A stretch of 64,000 nucleotides of DNA from an uncultured Actinomycetes bacterium (GCA_963725665.1 CAVRZA010000011.1:384001-448000), one strand, 5' to 3'. Counted from the first letter of the stretch, positions 19,011-28,642 are shown. Numbers and translations: made by a program. Notes: generated by a model from the sequence alone, not told the origin.

Positions 19011-19654
19011 CTACAAACGCTCGAGGGCAGCTTTCAGGCGCGCGTTGACGAGAGGGGGCAGAGTCAGCAGGTCCATGGAGCCGTGCAGCCAGAAACAGGC
19101 CGCGCCGGAGTTGACCACGATGGTGCTCCCACTATCGTCGCTGGGGGCCACCGACGCGGCGATCGTCAGGCCGCCCGGTACGGTGGGGTCGGCGGCGTAG
19201 ACGCGCGTGGCGAACTCCGGCACGCTGAGCTGCAGCAGTGTGAAACCGGGCGGGAAGCCCTCGCCCAGTCGTTGACCGCTCGTCTCACCCAGGACTTCGA
19301 CACCCTCCGCCGCGAGAGCTTCCTTCAGTCGGCGGAGGGCGCCAGAGGGGGGTCGAGAGTCTGCCTGACCGTGCGGAAGGAGGCGCTCTCCCTATGGCGA
19401 GCCCGCCCCTCGAGGTCTGCCGCGTGCCCGTAAGTCTTGTCCAGGTACTCGACGACGCGCGCCGAGTCGGCGACGACGAGGTCGCCATCCGTGATGATCG
19501 GCACCTTCGCCTGGCCGGAAAGCTCGATGACCTTGGTGCGCGCGGGCCTGCTGGCCGGCACGTTGACGGTCTCGTAAGCGAGCCCAAGCTCGGTCAGTGC
19601 CTCGCGCACGCGATGGCAGTACGGGCACCACTCGACCTGGTAGAGCGTTATCAT
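19011..19654 (-). pseudogene. Glutaredoxin/GST-N domain fused to a DUF302-like domain, with a 1-nt frameshift
   Basis: MITLYQVEWCPYC...; adding one base to the G6 run at 19347-19352 continues into ALRRLKEALAAEGVEVLGE...KAALERL. Confidence 0.7.
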
Positions 19655-19745
19655 CCTCACCTCACAGGGATGCCGTGTGGCCGGTCCTTGCCCGCGACGG
19701 GAGCAATCCCGGGGTCTCGAGATCGTTGTCGGCGAGCGGTGACGA

Positions 19746-20288
19746 CTAGGCGAGGTCGTCCGCCACAGTGTAGCGCAAAGGGAGGCTGCGGGCGCTCCCC
19801 GTCTCGACGTCGTACACCGTGAGCTGCGTGAGCGGCGGGGCATAGAGGTGCACGGTGACGAGGCGATCGCGGGACGTGTTGGCGAGCTGATGGATCTCGG
19901 GGCGGTCGACCGACGTGTGGTCCGTCGTTGCGAGCCGCTCCTCAGAGGCGATGGCCAGCCCCCCTCCTGCGACCTTCTCGAACAGGCGTGAAGTGAGCTC
20001 CCCGTGGTGGACGCGGATGAAGTTGAGCGAGCCGGCGTGGTCGTGGACGGTCGTCATGTGACCGGGCTCCCAGCACAGCACCAGCAGCTCGAACTGAGGT
20101 GTGCGACAGACGAAGTTCCTCGCGTAGGCCTCTCGACTGAAAGCGATGTTGCGCTCGATGAGCGCGGGGTCCAGCCGTAGCCGGCCGGTCAGCCCCACGA
20201 ACTGGTCGTGTGCCATGTCGGCCATCCTCGCCTGAGCCATGGCAAGCAGGTACTCGTCGAGCGACAGGCTTGCAGTGGGGGAGGACAT
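19746..20288 (-). CDS. Cysteine dioxygenase family cupin
   Basis: YARN, ELLVLCWEPGHMTTVHDHAGS, IHQLAN, TVHLYAPP. Confidence 0.88.
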   Translation of the reverse strand: MSSPTASLSLDEYLLAMAQARMADMAHDQFVGLTGRLRLDPALIERNIAFSREAYARNFVCRTPQFELLVLCWEPGHMTTVHDHAGSLNFIRVHHGELTSRLFEKVAGGGLAIASEERLATTDHTSVDRPEIHQLANTSRDRLVTVHLYAPPLTQLTVYDVETGSARSLPLRYTVADDLA

Positions 20289-20449
20289 TGTCGGACGATA
20301 CCCAATGCGCCGTCGCCGGGCAACGCGGGCCCACCGACGCTTGCGGGCGATCGGCGCGGACACCGGCCGGTCGTGGCGAGCGCGAGTGGGTGCGGCACGA
20401 GTCCGGCGAGCCGTGTTGAGTAGACAGCGAAGGTAGGCAGGAGGAAGCC

Positions 20450-20884
20450 ATGGCGCGTCACGTGCCCTCGAGGTTCATCGAGAAGGTCCGCCGCGTGCGG
20501 GAGATCGTCGATGCCGCGCGGTCGTCGAGCGACGGCGCCCCCTTCGACGTCTCACTCGAGGTCGTGCCGGGGGTGCGCGTCATCCGCGGGCACGCACGCG
20601 GCCAGGAGCTGGCGTTCTCGCTGTGGACCTACCCCACCGACATCGCGGAGCTCTGCGGCGACGGGGCCGTCCCCGCGGCGGCGGCGGCGCTGGTCGTGCA
20701 CCGTGACGATGCTCGCCGCCTGCAGACGGACGGCGTGTTCGTCGATCTCTCGCAGCTTGTGCGATCGGAGTCCTACCCGGGCTACTACTACGCTCTCTTC
20801 GACTACGCGAGCCCTCTCCAGCTACGACGCACCATGACACGCCTCGTGCCGGCGTTCACGCCGCACGACAGCGTGCCCGCGTAG
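20450..20884 (+). CDS. Hypothetical protein
   Basis: AGGAGG RBS and host-like codon usage; no family recognised. Confidence 0.7.
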   Translation: MARHVPSRFIEKVRRVREIVDAARSSSDGAPFDVSLEVVPGVRVIRGHARGQELAFSLWTYPTDIAELCGDGAVPAAAAALVVHRDDARRLQTDGVFVDLSQLVRSESYPGYYYALFDYASPLQLRRTMTRLVPAFTPHDSVPA

Positions 20885-21106
20885 CCTCGTCTGTCGGACC
20901 GCGCGGTGCCTGTGCCGGTGCACCCCGCCTGCGGAAGCTCGTGAGCATGCACGAGGGGAGCGACGGACCGCCGTCGCGGCGCACGCCACAACGGTTCACG
21001 CCGCCGCTACCCTGCTGGTAGTATGCGGCTCTACCAGAAGTCGAACCGCACGGCTTGTCGGCGGAGGACGCCGCAGCAGACGTGCGGGAAAGGGGTTTGA
21101 GGATCC

Positions 21107-21652
21107 ATGGCAGAAGGGTTCATGCAGACGCCGCCACAGCCGGAGAAGCTTGGCGCGATGACGGAGGAGAACCTCAAGGCAGCCTTCGCCGGTGAGAGCC
21201 AGGCGTCGCAGAAGTACCTCGCTTTCGCCGCCAAGTCCGATGCCGACGGCAAGCCCAACACGGCGCGGCTGTTCCGCGCCGCCGCGTTCGCCGAGAGCAC
21301 CCACGCGCGCAACCATCTCAGTGCGCTGGGCGGCATCGGCGACGCCCTGGCCAACCTCGACGCGGCCTGGGGCGGAGAGAACTTCGAGATCACCGAGATG
21401 TACCCGGCGTATCGCGAGGTCGCCAAGATGCAGGCGAACGAGCAGGCCGTGACCTCTATCCGCTATGCCGCGACCGCCGAGCAGGACCACCGCGCGCTCT
21501 ACAATCAGGCGAAGGAGAAGGTGACCGCCGGCGGCGACCTCGACGCGACGCCGCTCCGCGTCTGCCCGGTCTGCGGGCACACGGTGCAGGGCGACGCGCC
21601 CGACGAGTGTCCGGTCTGCGGCACCGACGGCCGGTTCTTCAAGGAGTTCTGA
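21107..21652 (+). CDS. rbr: Rubrerythrin family protein
   Basis: ENLKAAFAGESQA, ExxH motifs, C-terminal CPVCG...CPVCG rubredoxin domain. Confidence 0.93.
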   Translation: MAEGFMQTPPQPEKLGAMTEENLKAAFAGESQASQKYLAFAAKSDADGKPNTARLFRAAAFAESTHARNHLSALGGIGDALANLDAAWGGENFEITEMYPAYREVAKMQANEQAVTSIRYAATAEQDHRALYNQAKEKVTAGGDLDATPLRVCPVCGHTVQGDAPDECPVCGTDGRFFKEF

Positions 21653-21691
21653 GAGCCCGAAACACGCACGCGGCGGCCGCCCGCCGCACCT

Positions 21692-21740
21692 GCCGGGCAG
21701 CAGCCCGGGCGTCCCTCGGACGCCCGGGCTGCTGCCCGGC
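21692..21740. terminator. Long GC hairpin after rubrerythrin
   Basis: Perfect 23-bp inverted repeat with a 3-nt loop. Confidence 0.65.
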
Positions 21741-21821
21741 CCCGTTGCCGGTAGAATCCTCCCGAAGGCTGCCGCCGTGCGGGCCCGCCGCCGGCGGGAG
21801 GTCCTGGAGGAGGTTGCGAGC

Positions 21822-22286
21822 GTGGGATACATCTTCGGTGTGGGCCGTGAGGCCCCCCTCTTCAGCCTGAGCGCGCACGACGGCAGCGTCGTGTCCCTCT
21901 CTCACTACCGCGGCGACTGGTATCCCGTCATCGTCTTCTTTCGTCCCGAGGCCGCCGGCATCGATGACTACCTGCGCGCCCTCAACGCCGCCGCCGGGAG
22001 CTTGTGGGGCGTCCGCGGCCAGGTGATGGCGATCGCCGTGGCCTCCGAGGAGGAGCTGCGGCAGCTCGCCGGCCGGGTGGGAACCATCGCGATACCGCTG
22101 CTCGCCGACGCCGACGGGGCCGTCGCGCGGCTCTACGGCGCCTGGGACAAGGACCAGGGAGACTGCACCCCGCTGGCCTACATCGCCGACAGGGCCCACA
22201 AGATCGTCTGGGCCGAGAACGGCGACGCCGCGCTGCCGCCGTCGGTATCGGAGCTCGAGAACGCCTTCAGGGGCTTCGTGAAGTAG
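21822..22286 (+). CDS. AhpC/TSA redoxin-fold protein lacking the peroxidatic Cys
   Basis: APLFSLSAHDGSVVSLSHYRG, PLLADADGAVARLYG; no PxxxTxxC motif; GGAGGAGG RBS. Confidence 0.8.
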   Translation: MGYIFGVGREAPLFSLSAHDGSVVSLSHYRGDWYPVIVFFRPEAAGIDDYLRALNAAAGSLWGVRGQVMAIAVASEEELRQLAGRVGTIAIPLLADADGAVARLYGAWDKDQGDCTPLAYIADRAHKIVWAENGDAALPPSVSELENAFRGFVK

Positions 22287-22514
22287 GAGGCAGGGGGATC
22301 CTCGCCCGGGCCTCCCGTGCTGCCGGACACCGTCCGTATCGGGCCGGTCGCCCTACTCCCCCCGAGAAGACCGCGGTTAGAGCCCCTCTCGAGCGGGGAT
22401 ACTGGCTGTCCCGTGCCTTCAGGACGCCCGGTCGGCGAGACCGACCTACGCTTTGGCTCGAAGGCAGGGGGTATATAAGCTCTGTTGCCAGCGTCTCAAC
22501 AGGAGTTCGATGTC

Positions 22515-22883
22515 ATGATCGTCGGGCAGACACTGTTCAGCGTCCGCAAGAGGACCGAGCACCGCGCCGAGAAGGCGCTGCAGGAACTCGATGGGATGTT
22601 CGAACAAGCCGCCGGGCACGTCGACCATCGCATCCTGCGCTCGTTCGGCATGTCGCCTCTCGCCAGCGCCCTCAGGGACGAGGCGGGCGAGGCGACGTTG
22701 GGCGACGTCCACTTCGTCGTACAGTCGGAGTGGGAGTCGCTCGAGTCTCACGACGCCTTCTATCGCAGCGAGGCCCTGCAACGGGTCTATGCAGTGCTCT
22801 CTTCGATTCTCACCAGCGGACCGTATGAAGTGCTGTACGACAGCGTGACGTGGCGCCGGGAGCCGACCGGCGTGGGGGTCTGA
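22515..22883 (+). CDS. Antibiotic biosynthesis monooxygenase (ABM)-like protein
   Basis: FVVQSEWESLESHDAF motif; AGGAG RBS. Confidence 0.7.
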   Translation: MIVGQTLFSVRKRTEHRAEKALQELDGMFEQAAGHVDHRILRSFGMSPLASALRDEAGEATLGDVHFVVQSEWESLESHDAFYRSEALQRVYAVLSSILTSGPYEVLYDSVTWRREPTGVGV

Positions 22884-22935
22884 CGGCCCCGGCGTGCGGC
22901 TGAAGAGCAAGCGGCACCCTGGTGGTGTGAACATC

Positions 22936-22970
22936 TGTGGGCGGGCCGCCCGAGGGGCGGCCCGCCCACA
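22936..22970. terminator. Bidirectional terminator-like hairpin between convergent genes
   Basis: Perfect 16-bp inverted repeat tgtgggcgggccgccc-gag-gggcggcccgcccaca. Confidence 0.7.
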
Positions 22971-22983
22971 ACTCTTGTGCGGC

Positions 22984-23018
22984 GCATGGCGGCGCGGCAC
23001 GCGCGCCGGTTCAGATGC
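22984..23018 (-). promoter_or_regulatory. Candidate bacterial SECIS element
   Basis: On the minus strand, 11 nt after the UGA at 23020-23022: CGGCGCG-CGUGC-CGCGCCG, with an outer GCAU/AUGC pairing. Confidence 0.5.
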
Positions 23019-23232
23019 CTCAGCCGCCGCCGAACCCGACGCGCACCTCATCGCGTTCGTCAACGAGGACCGGCACCACCTGCTGGCCGCCCGTGAGCTC
23101 GGCGACCCTCTCGCGTGCCCCCGGCGTCGTGTAGACGTCGATCTCGTCATAGTCGACCCCCCGGCTCCGCAGATCCTCCTTCGCCGCGGCGCAGTAGGGG
23201 CAGCCCGGCTTCGTGTAGATCGTGACCGTCAT
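23011..23232 (-). CDS. Uxx-star family glutaredoxin-like selenoprotein
   Basis: YTKPGCPYC...VGFGGG-TGA-GGC-ATC-TGA, i.e. U-G-I-stop; ATGA-coupled to cadA. Confidence 0.8.
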
Positions 23233-26030
23233 GAGGTTCCTTCGTCCGATCGCTGTTCGCCGCCCGCCGGCGCGGAGCCGCGTTGCAGGCGCATGCCGTT
23301 GCCGATCACGAGCAGCGATGTGCCCATGTCGGCGAAGACGGCCATCCAGAGGGTGACCAGCCCCAGCGGCGCCAGGACGAGGAACACCGCCTTGATGGCG
23401 ATGGACAGGGCGATGTTCTCACGCACCACGTGGACGGTGCGCCGCGAGAGGGCGAGCATCGCCGGCAGCGCCTCGAGGTCGTCTCCCATGAGGGCGATGT
23501 CGGCGGTGTCGAGCGCCGCGTCGGTGCCGGCTGCGCCCATGGCGATGCCTACGGTCGCGGCGGCGAGCGCGGGGGCGTCGTTGACCCCGTCGCCGACCAT
23601 GCCCACGGCGCCGTAGCGCGCCGCGAGCTCGTACACGGCGTCGACCTTGTCCTCGGGCAGCAGTCCGGCGCGCACCTCGTCGACGCCGGCCTGCTGCCCG
23701 ATCGCCCGCGCCGTCGCTTCGTTGTCGCCGGTGAGCATGACGATGCGCTGCACGCCCTGCTCGCGCAGGGCGCGCAGCGCATCGCGCGCCTCGGGGCGGA
23801 CGGCGTCGGCCACGGCGATGAGACCCAGCGCCCGCCGCGGCGTGCCCACGATCACGGCGGTCTTGCCTTCGCCTCGCAGACGTTCCATCTCCGCCCTCAG
23901 GCGAGGCTCGGCCACGGTCGCAGCGTCGGCGCCCGACCAGAGCTCAGGCACCCCCACGAGGTAGGTCTCGCCGCCGATCTCGGCGCGCACACCCTTGCCG
24001 ACGACGGCACGGAAGGCCTGAGCCCGCGGCAGTTGGGCGTGGACGCGGTGCTCGACGTCGTTGTCGAGGTGAGTGTGTTCAACGTGCTCGTCCGCGCAAC
24101 CGCACCCTTGCCCCGAGCAGTCGCAGGGGTCGTCGTGGACCGCGTGGTCGTGGACCGCGTGGCCATCCGCCCGCTGGCCGTCGCGCCCCTCGGCGGCTGC
24201 GACGATGGCGCGCCCAAGGGCGTGCTCGCTCGGGCGCTCGCACGCCGCGGCGAGCTCGAGCAGGGCGTCGGACGCGACGCTGTCGAGCGACACGACGTCG
24301 GTCAACTGGGGCGTGCCCGTCGTCAGGGTGCCGGTCTTGTCGAAGGCGATGACCCGCAGCTTGTGCGCCTGTTCCAGGTAGACGCCGCCCTTCACGAGGA
24401 CGCCGCGCCGGGTGGCGGCGGCCAGGGCGGAGACGACGCTCACGGGTGTCGAGATCACGAGGGCGCAGGGACACGAGATGATGAGCAGGGCGAGACCGCG
24501 GTAGAGCCAGGTGGAGAACGGAGCTCCAAGCAGCGGCGGCACGATGACGACGGCCGCCGCGGCGGCGATCACCAGCGGCGTGTACTTGGCGGCGAAACGG
24601 TCGACGGTGCTCTCGAGGGGCGCACGCGTCGCCTGCGCCTCCTCGACGAGGTGGATGATCTTGGCGATGGTGTTGGTCTCGGCGGTGCTCGTCGCCCGGA
24701 TGTGCAGCGAGCCCCCGGCGACGATGGAGCCGGCGAAGACCTGGTCGCCGGGCTGCCGCGCCAGCGGCAGCGACTCGCCGGTGATGGCCGCCTGGTCGAC
24801 GGCTGCCGAACCCTCGACCACGACGCCGTCGACGGCGACACGCTCGCCGGGGCGAAGCACGAGCACGTCTCCTACCGCGATCTCGGCGGCGGCGGCACGG
24901 CGCTCCTGCCCGTCACGCAGCACCGTGCACTCCTCGGGCGCCAGCTCGACGAGGGAGCGGATGGCGCTCCGCGTGCGCTCCATGGAGGCCGCCTGCAGTG
25001 CGTTGCCGAGGGCGAACAGGAACACGACGAGACCTGCCTCGGACCACTGGCCGATGGCCGCCGCGCCGAGGGCTGCGATGGTCATGAGGACGTTCATGTC
25101 GACCTGGCGTGCGCGCAGCGAGTAGAAGGCTGCTCGTGCCATGTAGGCGCCGCCGGCCACCATGGCGGCGGCGAAGAGGAACGGGACGAGTGCCGGCGCC
25201 AGCGCCTCGGCGGCGAACCCGGCGATCACGAGCACGCCGGAGGCGAGCGTCGTGATCGCGCGGCGGTCGGAGAGCCAGAAGCGGCGCTGGCGCCGGCGCT
25301 CGTCCGAGAGGCGGTAGCCGAGCTCGCCTGCGGCCGCACGCAGCGACGCCTCGGACACGCGCGCCGGCGAGTAGGTGACGGTGAGGCGCGCGAGGGCGAA
25401 GTCGACGCGCGCCGCGGACACCCCGCCGAGGCGGCCCAGACGGCTCTCGAGCTTGGCGGCGCAGTCGGCGCAGTCCATCCCTGCGACGGCGAAGGTCTGC
25501 GTGCGTTCCTTGGCCCGCTCGGCCTCGAGCGTACCGTAGCCGAGCTGGTCGATGCGCCGCAGCACGGCGTCGTAGTCCACGGCGTCAGGATCGAAGGTGA
25601 CGTTGAGCGTCGAGGCGCCGAAGCTCGCCTCGGCGTCGATCACGCCCGGCATCGTGCGCAAGGCGCCCTCGAGCTTGAGGGCACAGTCGGCGCAGTCGAG
25701 CCCCGTCACGTGTGCGAGCCGGCGCTCGACATCGGCCGCAGACTGCGGCAGGGCGAGGCTGAAGTCGAGCTCGCCGTGCTCGTGCACGCCGTCGGGGCAG
25801 TGCACCGGGCAGTGCGCGCGCGAGGCGACACGCCGAGCCTGGCGCACGAGGTCGTCGTAGGAGACCACCGCCGGGTCGAAGCCGACCTGCAGGCGACCGC
25901 GCGTGAGGTCGGACGAGACGCCCTGGATGCCCGGCACGCCGCCGAGCGCCTGCGAAAGCTCGAGGACGCACGCCTCGCACTCGGCCCCGCGTGGGAGCAG
26001 CACCGGCAGGTCGAGCTGCTTCGTCGTCAT
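23229..26030 (-). CDS. cadA: P1B heavy-metal (Zn/Cd/Pb) exporting ATPase with three N-terminal metal-binding domains
   Basis: CEAC, 2x DCADC, TGES, SCPC, DKTGT, GDGVNDAP, WMAVFADMG. Confidence 0.93.
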   Translation of the reverse strand: MTTKQLDLPVLLPRGAECEACVLELSQALGGVPGIQGVSSDLTRGRLQVGFDPAVVSYDDLVRQARRVASRAHCPVHCPDGVHEHGELDFSLALPQSAADVERRLAHVTGLDCADCALKLEGALRTMPGVIDAEASFGASTLNVTFDPDAVDYDAVLRRIDQLGYGTLEAERAKERTQTFAVAGMDCADCAAKLESRLGRLGGVSAARVDFALARLTVTYSPARVSEASLRAAAGELGYRLSDERRRQRRFWLSDRRAITTLASGVLVIAGFAAEALAPALVPFLFAAAMVAGGAYMARAAFYSLRARQVDMNVLMTIAALGAAAIGQWSEAGLVVFLFALGNALQAASMERTRSAIRSLVELAPEECTVLRDGQERRAAAAEIAVGDVLVLRPGERVAVDGVVVEGSAAVDQAAITGESLPLARQPGDQVFAGSIVAGGSLHIRATSTAETNTIAKIIHLVEEAQATRAPLESTVDRFAAKYTPLVIAAAAAVVIVPPLLGAPFSTWLYRGLALLIISCPCALVISTPVSVVSALAAATRRGVLVKGGVYLEQAHKLRVIAFDKTGTLTTGTPQLTDVVSLDSVASDALLELAAACERPSEHALGRAIVAAAEGRDGQRADGHAVHDHAVHDDPCDCSGQGCGCADEHVEHTHLDNDVEHRVHAQLPRAQAFRAVVGKGVRAEIGGETYLVGVPELWSGADAATVAEPRLRAEMERLRGEGKTAVIVGTPRRALGLIAVADAVRPEARDALRALREQGVQRIVMLTGDNEATARAIGQQAGVDEVRAGLLPEDKVDAVYELAARYGAVGMVGDGVNDAPALAAATVGIAMGAAGTDAALDTADIALMGDDLEALPAMLALSRRTVHVVRENIALSIAIKAVFLVLAPLGLVTLWMAVFADMGTSLLVIGNGMRLQRGSAPAGGEQRSDEGTS

Positions 26031-26527
26031 CGTCCGGCCTCGCGGCTCGCGCTCCCCCGGTCGACGAGGGTCGCCGGCCCACGGCCGTCCCCGTAGCCGA
26101 CGGCGTGTGTGACGTGCTCGCGGGTGAGGTCGAGGAGCAGGCTGATGTGCTCGTCGTCGGGGGCGTAGTAGACCATTTTGCCCTGGCGGCGCGGTCGCAC
26201 GAGTCCGCGCGCGCGCAGCACACGCAGATGGTGGGAGACGTTCGACTCGCTCATGCCCAGGGCCGAGGCGAGGTCACACACGCAGATCTCGCCGGCGGCG
26301 AGGAGGGCGTAGACGAGCCGGCAGCGGCTCGGGTCGCCGAGAACCTTGAACACGTCGGCGACCCGTTGCGCCTCGGTGTAGGCGATCAGACTCTCTTGGA
26401 CGGCGGCGACAGTGCGGGGATGGACCACGGTGATGTCGCAGCGGTCGATCCCGCCCCTGAGGTCCGCCGGCGCCAGGTGCGAACCTCCGTTCTCGGCAGC
26501 GGGTCCGGCAGCCGTCTTCGCGCCCAT
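26027..26527 (-). CDS. ArsR/SmtB (CadC-like) metal-sensing repressor
   Basis: FKVLGDPSR, EICVCDLA, SHHLRVLR, DDEHI..L..EH; GGAGGAG RBS. Confidence 0.92.
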   Translation of the reverse strand: MGAKTAAGPAAENGGSHLAPADLRGGIDRCDITVVHPRTVAAVQESLIAYTEAQRVADVFKVLGDPSRCRLVYALLAAGEICVCDLASALGMSESNVSHHLRVLRARGLVRPRRQGKMVYYAPDDEHISLLLDLTREHVTHAVGYGDGRGPATLVDRGSASREAGR

Positions 26528-26544
26528 CCCTGCTCCTCCCTGAA

Positions 26545-26566
26545 CATATGAACAGACGTTCATATG
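26545..26566. promoter_or_regulatory. SmtB/CzrA/CadC-type operator
   Basis: Perfect dyad CATATGAAC-AGAC-GTTCATATG just upstream of the repressor gene. Confidence 0.85.
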
Positions 26567-26743
26567 ATAGCCGGCGGCGTCGGCTTCAGCAACATCTGGC
26601 CGTTGCCGGTCTGCGGGCTCGGAGCCGGCACCGGAGAAGGCTGCTGCCGCGTCGACCTGGCTTCCGCCCGCGCAGCGTCGAGCTCTCCGGATATCGCGCC
26701 CGATCCGGCGGCATCGAGGCGAGCGGCGGGAATCGGGTAGAGT

Positions 26744-28075
26744 GTGGCTGTGACGAACGAGGCTCGTAGGAGGACCGGTGAGGCGGCGCCGCCGGCCGGC
26801 GCGGGGCGAGGCGTGACCTCGCCCCACGCCGGCCGCCGGCCCTTCATCCGGGACCTCTTCTCGCGCGAGCTGCTGCGCTACCTGGGCCCCGGCTTCGTCG
26901 TGACCATCGGCTTCATCGACCCCGGCAACTGGGCGACGAACATCGCCGGCGGCAGTCAGTTCGGCTATCAGCTCCTCTGGGTCATCTCCGCCAGCACGCT
27001 GATGCTGATCTTCCTGCAGCACATGGCGGCGCGGCTGGGCATCGTCACGGGGAGCTCGCTGGCGGTCAACATCCGCCGCCACTTCTCGCGCCCCGTCGTC
27101 TGGCTCCTGGGCGGCACGATCGCGCCTGCTCTTGTGGCCACAAGCTTGGCCGAGATCCTCGGCGGCGCGCTCGGGTTCCAGATCCTGTTCGGCATACCGT
27201 TGTGGATCGGCGCCCCGCTCACGCTCGGGATCGTCGTGCTCACGATCCTCGGGCAACGCTATGAGAGCCTCGAGCGCCTGATCATGGCGTTCCTCGCCTT
27301 CATCGCCGGTGCGTACGTCATCGAGCTCTTCATCGTCAAGCCCGACATGGCGGCAGCGGCCCCGCACTGGGTCATCCCCAGCGTCTCCCTGTCGAGCATC
27401 GTCGTCGCCATGGGGATGCTGGGGGCGATCGTCATGCCGCACAACATCTACCTGCACTCTGACACGATCCAGTCGCGGGAGTGGGACGTGGGAGGGGCCG
27501 ACCAAGCGACCCTGATGCGCTTCGAGCTGATCGACACGACGCTCGCCATGGGCATGGGGTGGCTGGTCAACTCCTCGATGATCCTGGTCGCGGCGGCCGT
27601 CTTCTTCGCCAACGGCGTGACGGTCACCAGCATCACGCAGGCCTCGCAGACTCTGGAGCCGCTTGCCGGCTCCGCGGCGCGGCTCCTGTTCGGCCTTGCC
27701 CTGCTCGTCGCCGGCATCTCCTCGTCGATCACCTCGTCGCTGGCCTCGACCAACGTGGTCACCGGCTACCTGGGCAAGCCCGAGGACCCCCACAGCCGCG
27801 CGTACCGGCTCGGTCTCATCGCGATGGCCATACCGGCTGTGGTGCTGATCGACATCGGCCTGGACGCTTACCGAGCGCTGATCATCAGCCAGGTCGTGCT
27901 GAGCGTGCAGCTCCCGTTCACGATCGTCCCACTCCTTGTGCTCTCGAGGCGGGCATCGGTGATGCGTGACATGCGCATCGGCACGGGCACCATGGTCCTG
28001 GGAACGATGATCGCGGCCATCATCATCGGGCTAAACGTGTACCTTCTGTACGGGACCTTCTTCGGAGGCGGTTAA
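26744..28075 (+). CDS. mntH: Nramp divalent metal transporter
   Basis: GPGFVVTIGFIDPGNWAT, GAIVMPHNIYLHS, SQVVLSVQLPF. Confidence 0.93.
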   Translation: MAVTNEARRRTGEAAPPAGAGRGVTSPHAGRRPFIRDLFSRELLRYLGPGFVVTIGFIDPGNWATNIAGGSQFGYQLLWVISASTLMLIFLQHMAARLGIVTGSSLAVNIRRHFSRPVVWLLGGTIAPALVATSLAEILGGALGFQILFGIPLWIGAPLTLGIVVLTILGQRYESLERLIMAFLAFIAGAYVIELFIVKPDMAAAAPHWVIPSVSLSSIVVAMGMLGAIVMPHNIYLHSDTIQSREWDVGGADQATLMRFELIDTTLAMGMGWLVNSSMILVAAAVFFANGVTVTSITQASQTLEPLAGSAARLLFGLALLVAGISSSITSSLASTNVVTGYLGKPEDPHSRAYRLGLIAMAIPAVVLIDIGLDAYRALIISQVVLSVQLPFTIVPLLVLSRRASVMRDMRIGTGTMVLGTMIAAIIIGLNVYLLYGTFFGGG

Positions 28076-28077
28076 CG

Positions 28078-28518
28078 ATGGCTCTCTACCGGCGCATCCT
28101 CGTCCCGCTCGACGGCACCGACGTCGACCATGCCATCCTCGCCCACGTGGCCGAGCTGGCGCGCCTCTGCGGCGCCGAAGTGATCCTGTTGCGCGTGGCG
28201 CACTTCCACACGCGCGACACCATGGTCCACGAGGTCGAGGACGCCGGCGTGCAGCTCGAGCACACCGCCGGCGAGCTGGCGGAGCGCGGGATACAGGTGC
28301 GCACCGTAGTCGGGCGCGGTGAGCCGGTGGACGTGATCATCGAGCAGGCGGTGGAGCTCGACGTCGACCTGATTGCCATGGCGACGCACGGGCACGGCCG
28401 GCTGCCGCGCATGGTCTACGGCAGCGTCGCCGAGAAGGTGCGCCGCAGGACCGATGTACCCCTCTTGCTCGTGAAGGCGATCCTACACGGGGAGAGTCCG
28501 GCGGCCGCGGCGGGCTGA
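28078..28518 (+). CDS. Universal stress protein
   Basis: YRRILVPLDG, DLIAMATHG, GSVAEKV...PLLLV. Confidence 0.92.
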   Translation: MALYRRILVPLDGTDVDHAILAHVAELARLCGAEVILLRVAHFHTRDTMVHEVEDAGVQLEHTAGELAERGIQVRTVVGRGEPVDVIIEQAVELDVDLIAMATHGHGRLPRMVYGSVAEKVRRRTDVPLLLVKAILHGESPAAAAG

Positions 28519-28526
28519 ACCGACGG

Positions 28527-28570
28527 GCTGGGCGGGGCGGCGGGCCGTACGGCCCGCCGCCCCGCCCAGC
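28527..28570. terminator. Terminator-like 44-bp palindrome after usp
   Basis: 21-bp perfect arms followed by TTCTT. Confidence 0.75.
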
Positions 28571-28642
28571 TTCTTCCTGGTTTGCGAGCACGCGACAGTG
28601 TCTTTGTGTACAATGCCGCGTCAATCGCCATGGGGGTGAGGA

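Noticed and set aside
23283-26096. 937-aa antisense ORF over cadA, and similar long shadow ORFs across the window
   Set aside because: Expected from high GC3 codon bias opposite real genes; no motifs or RBS
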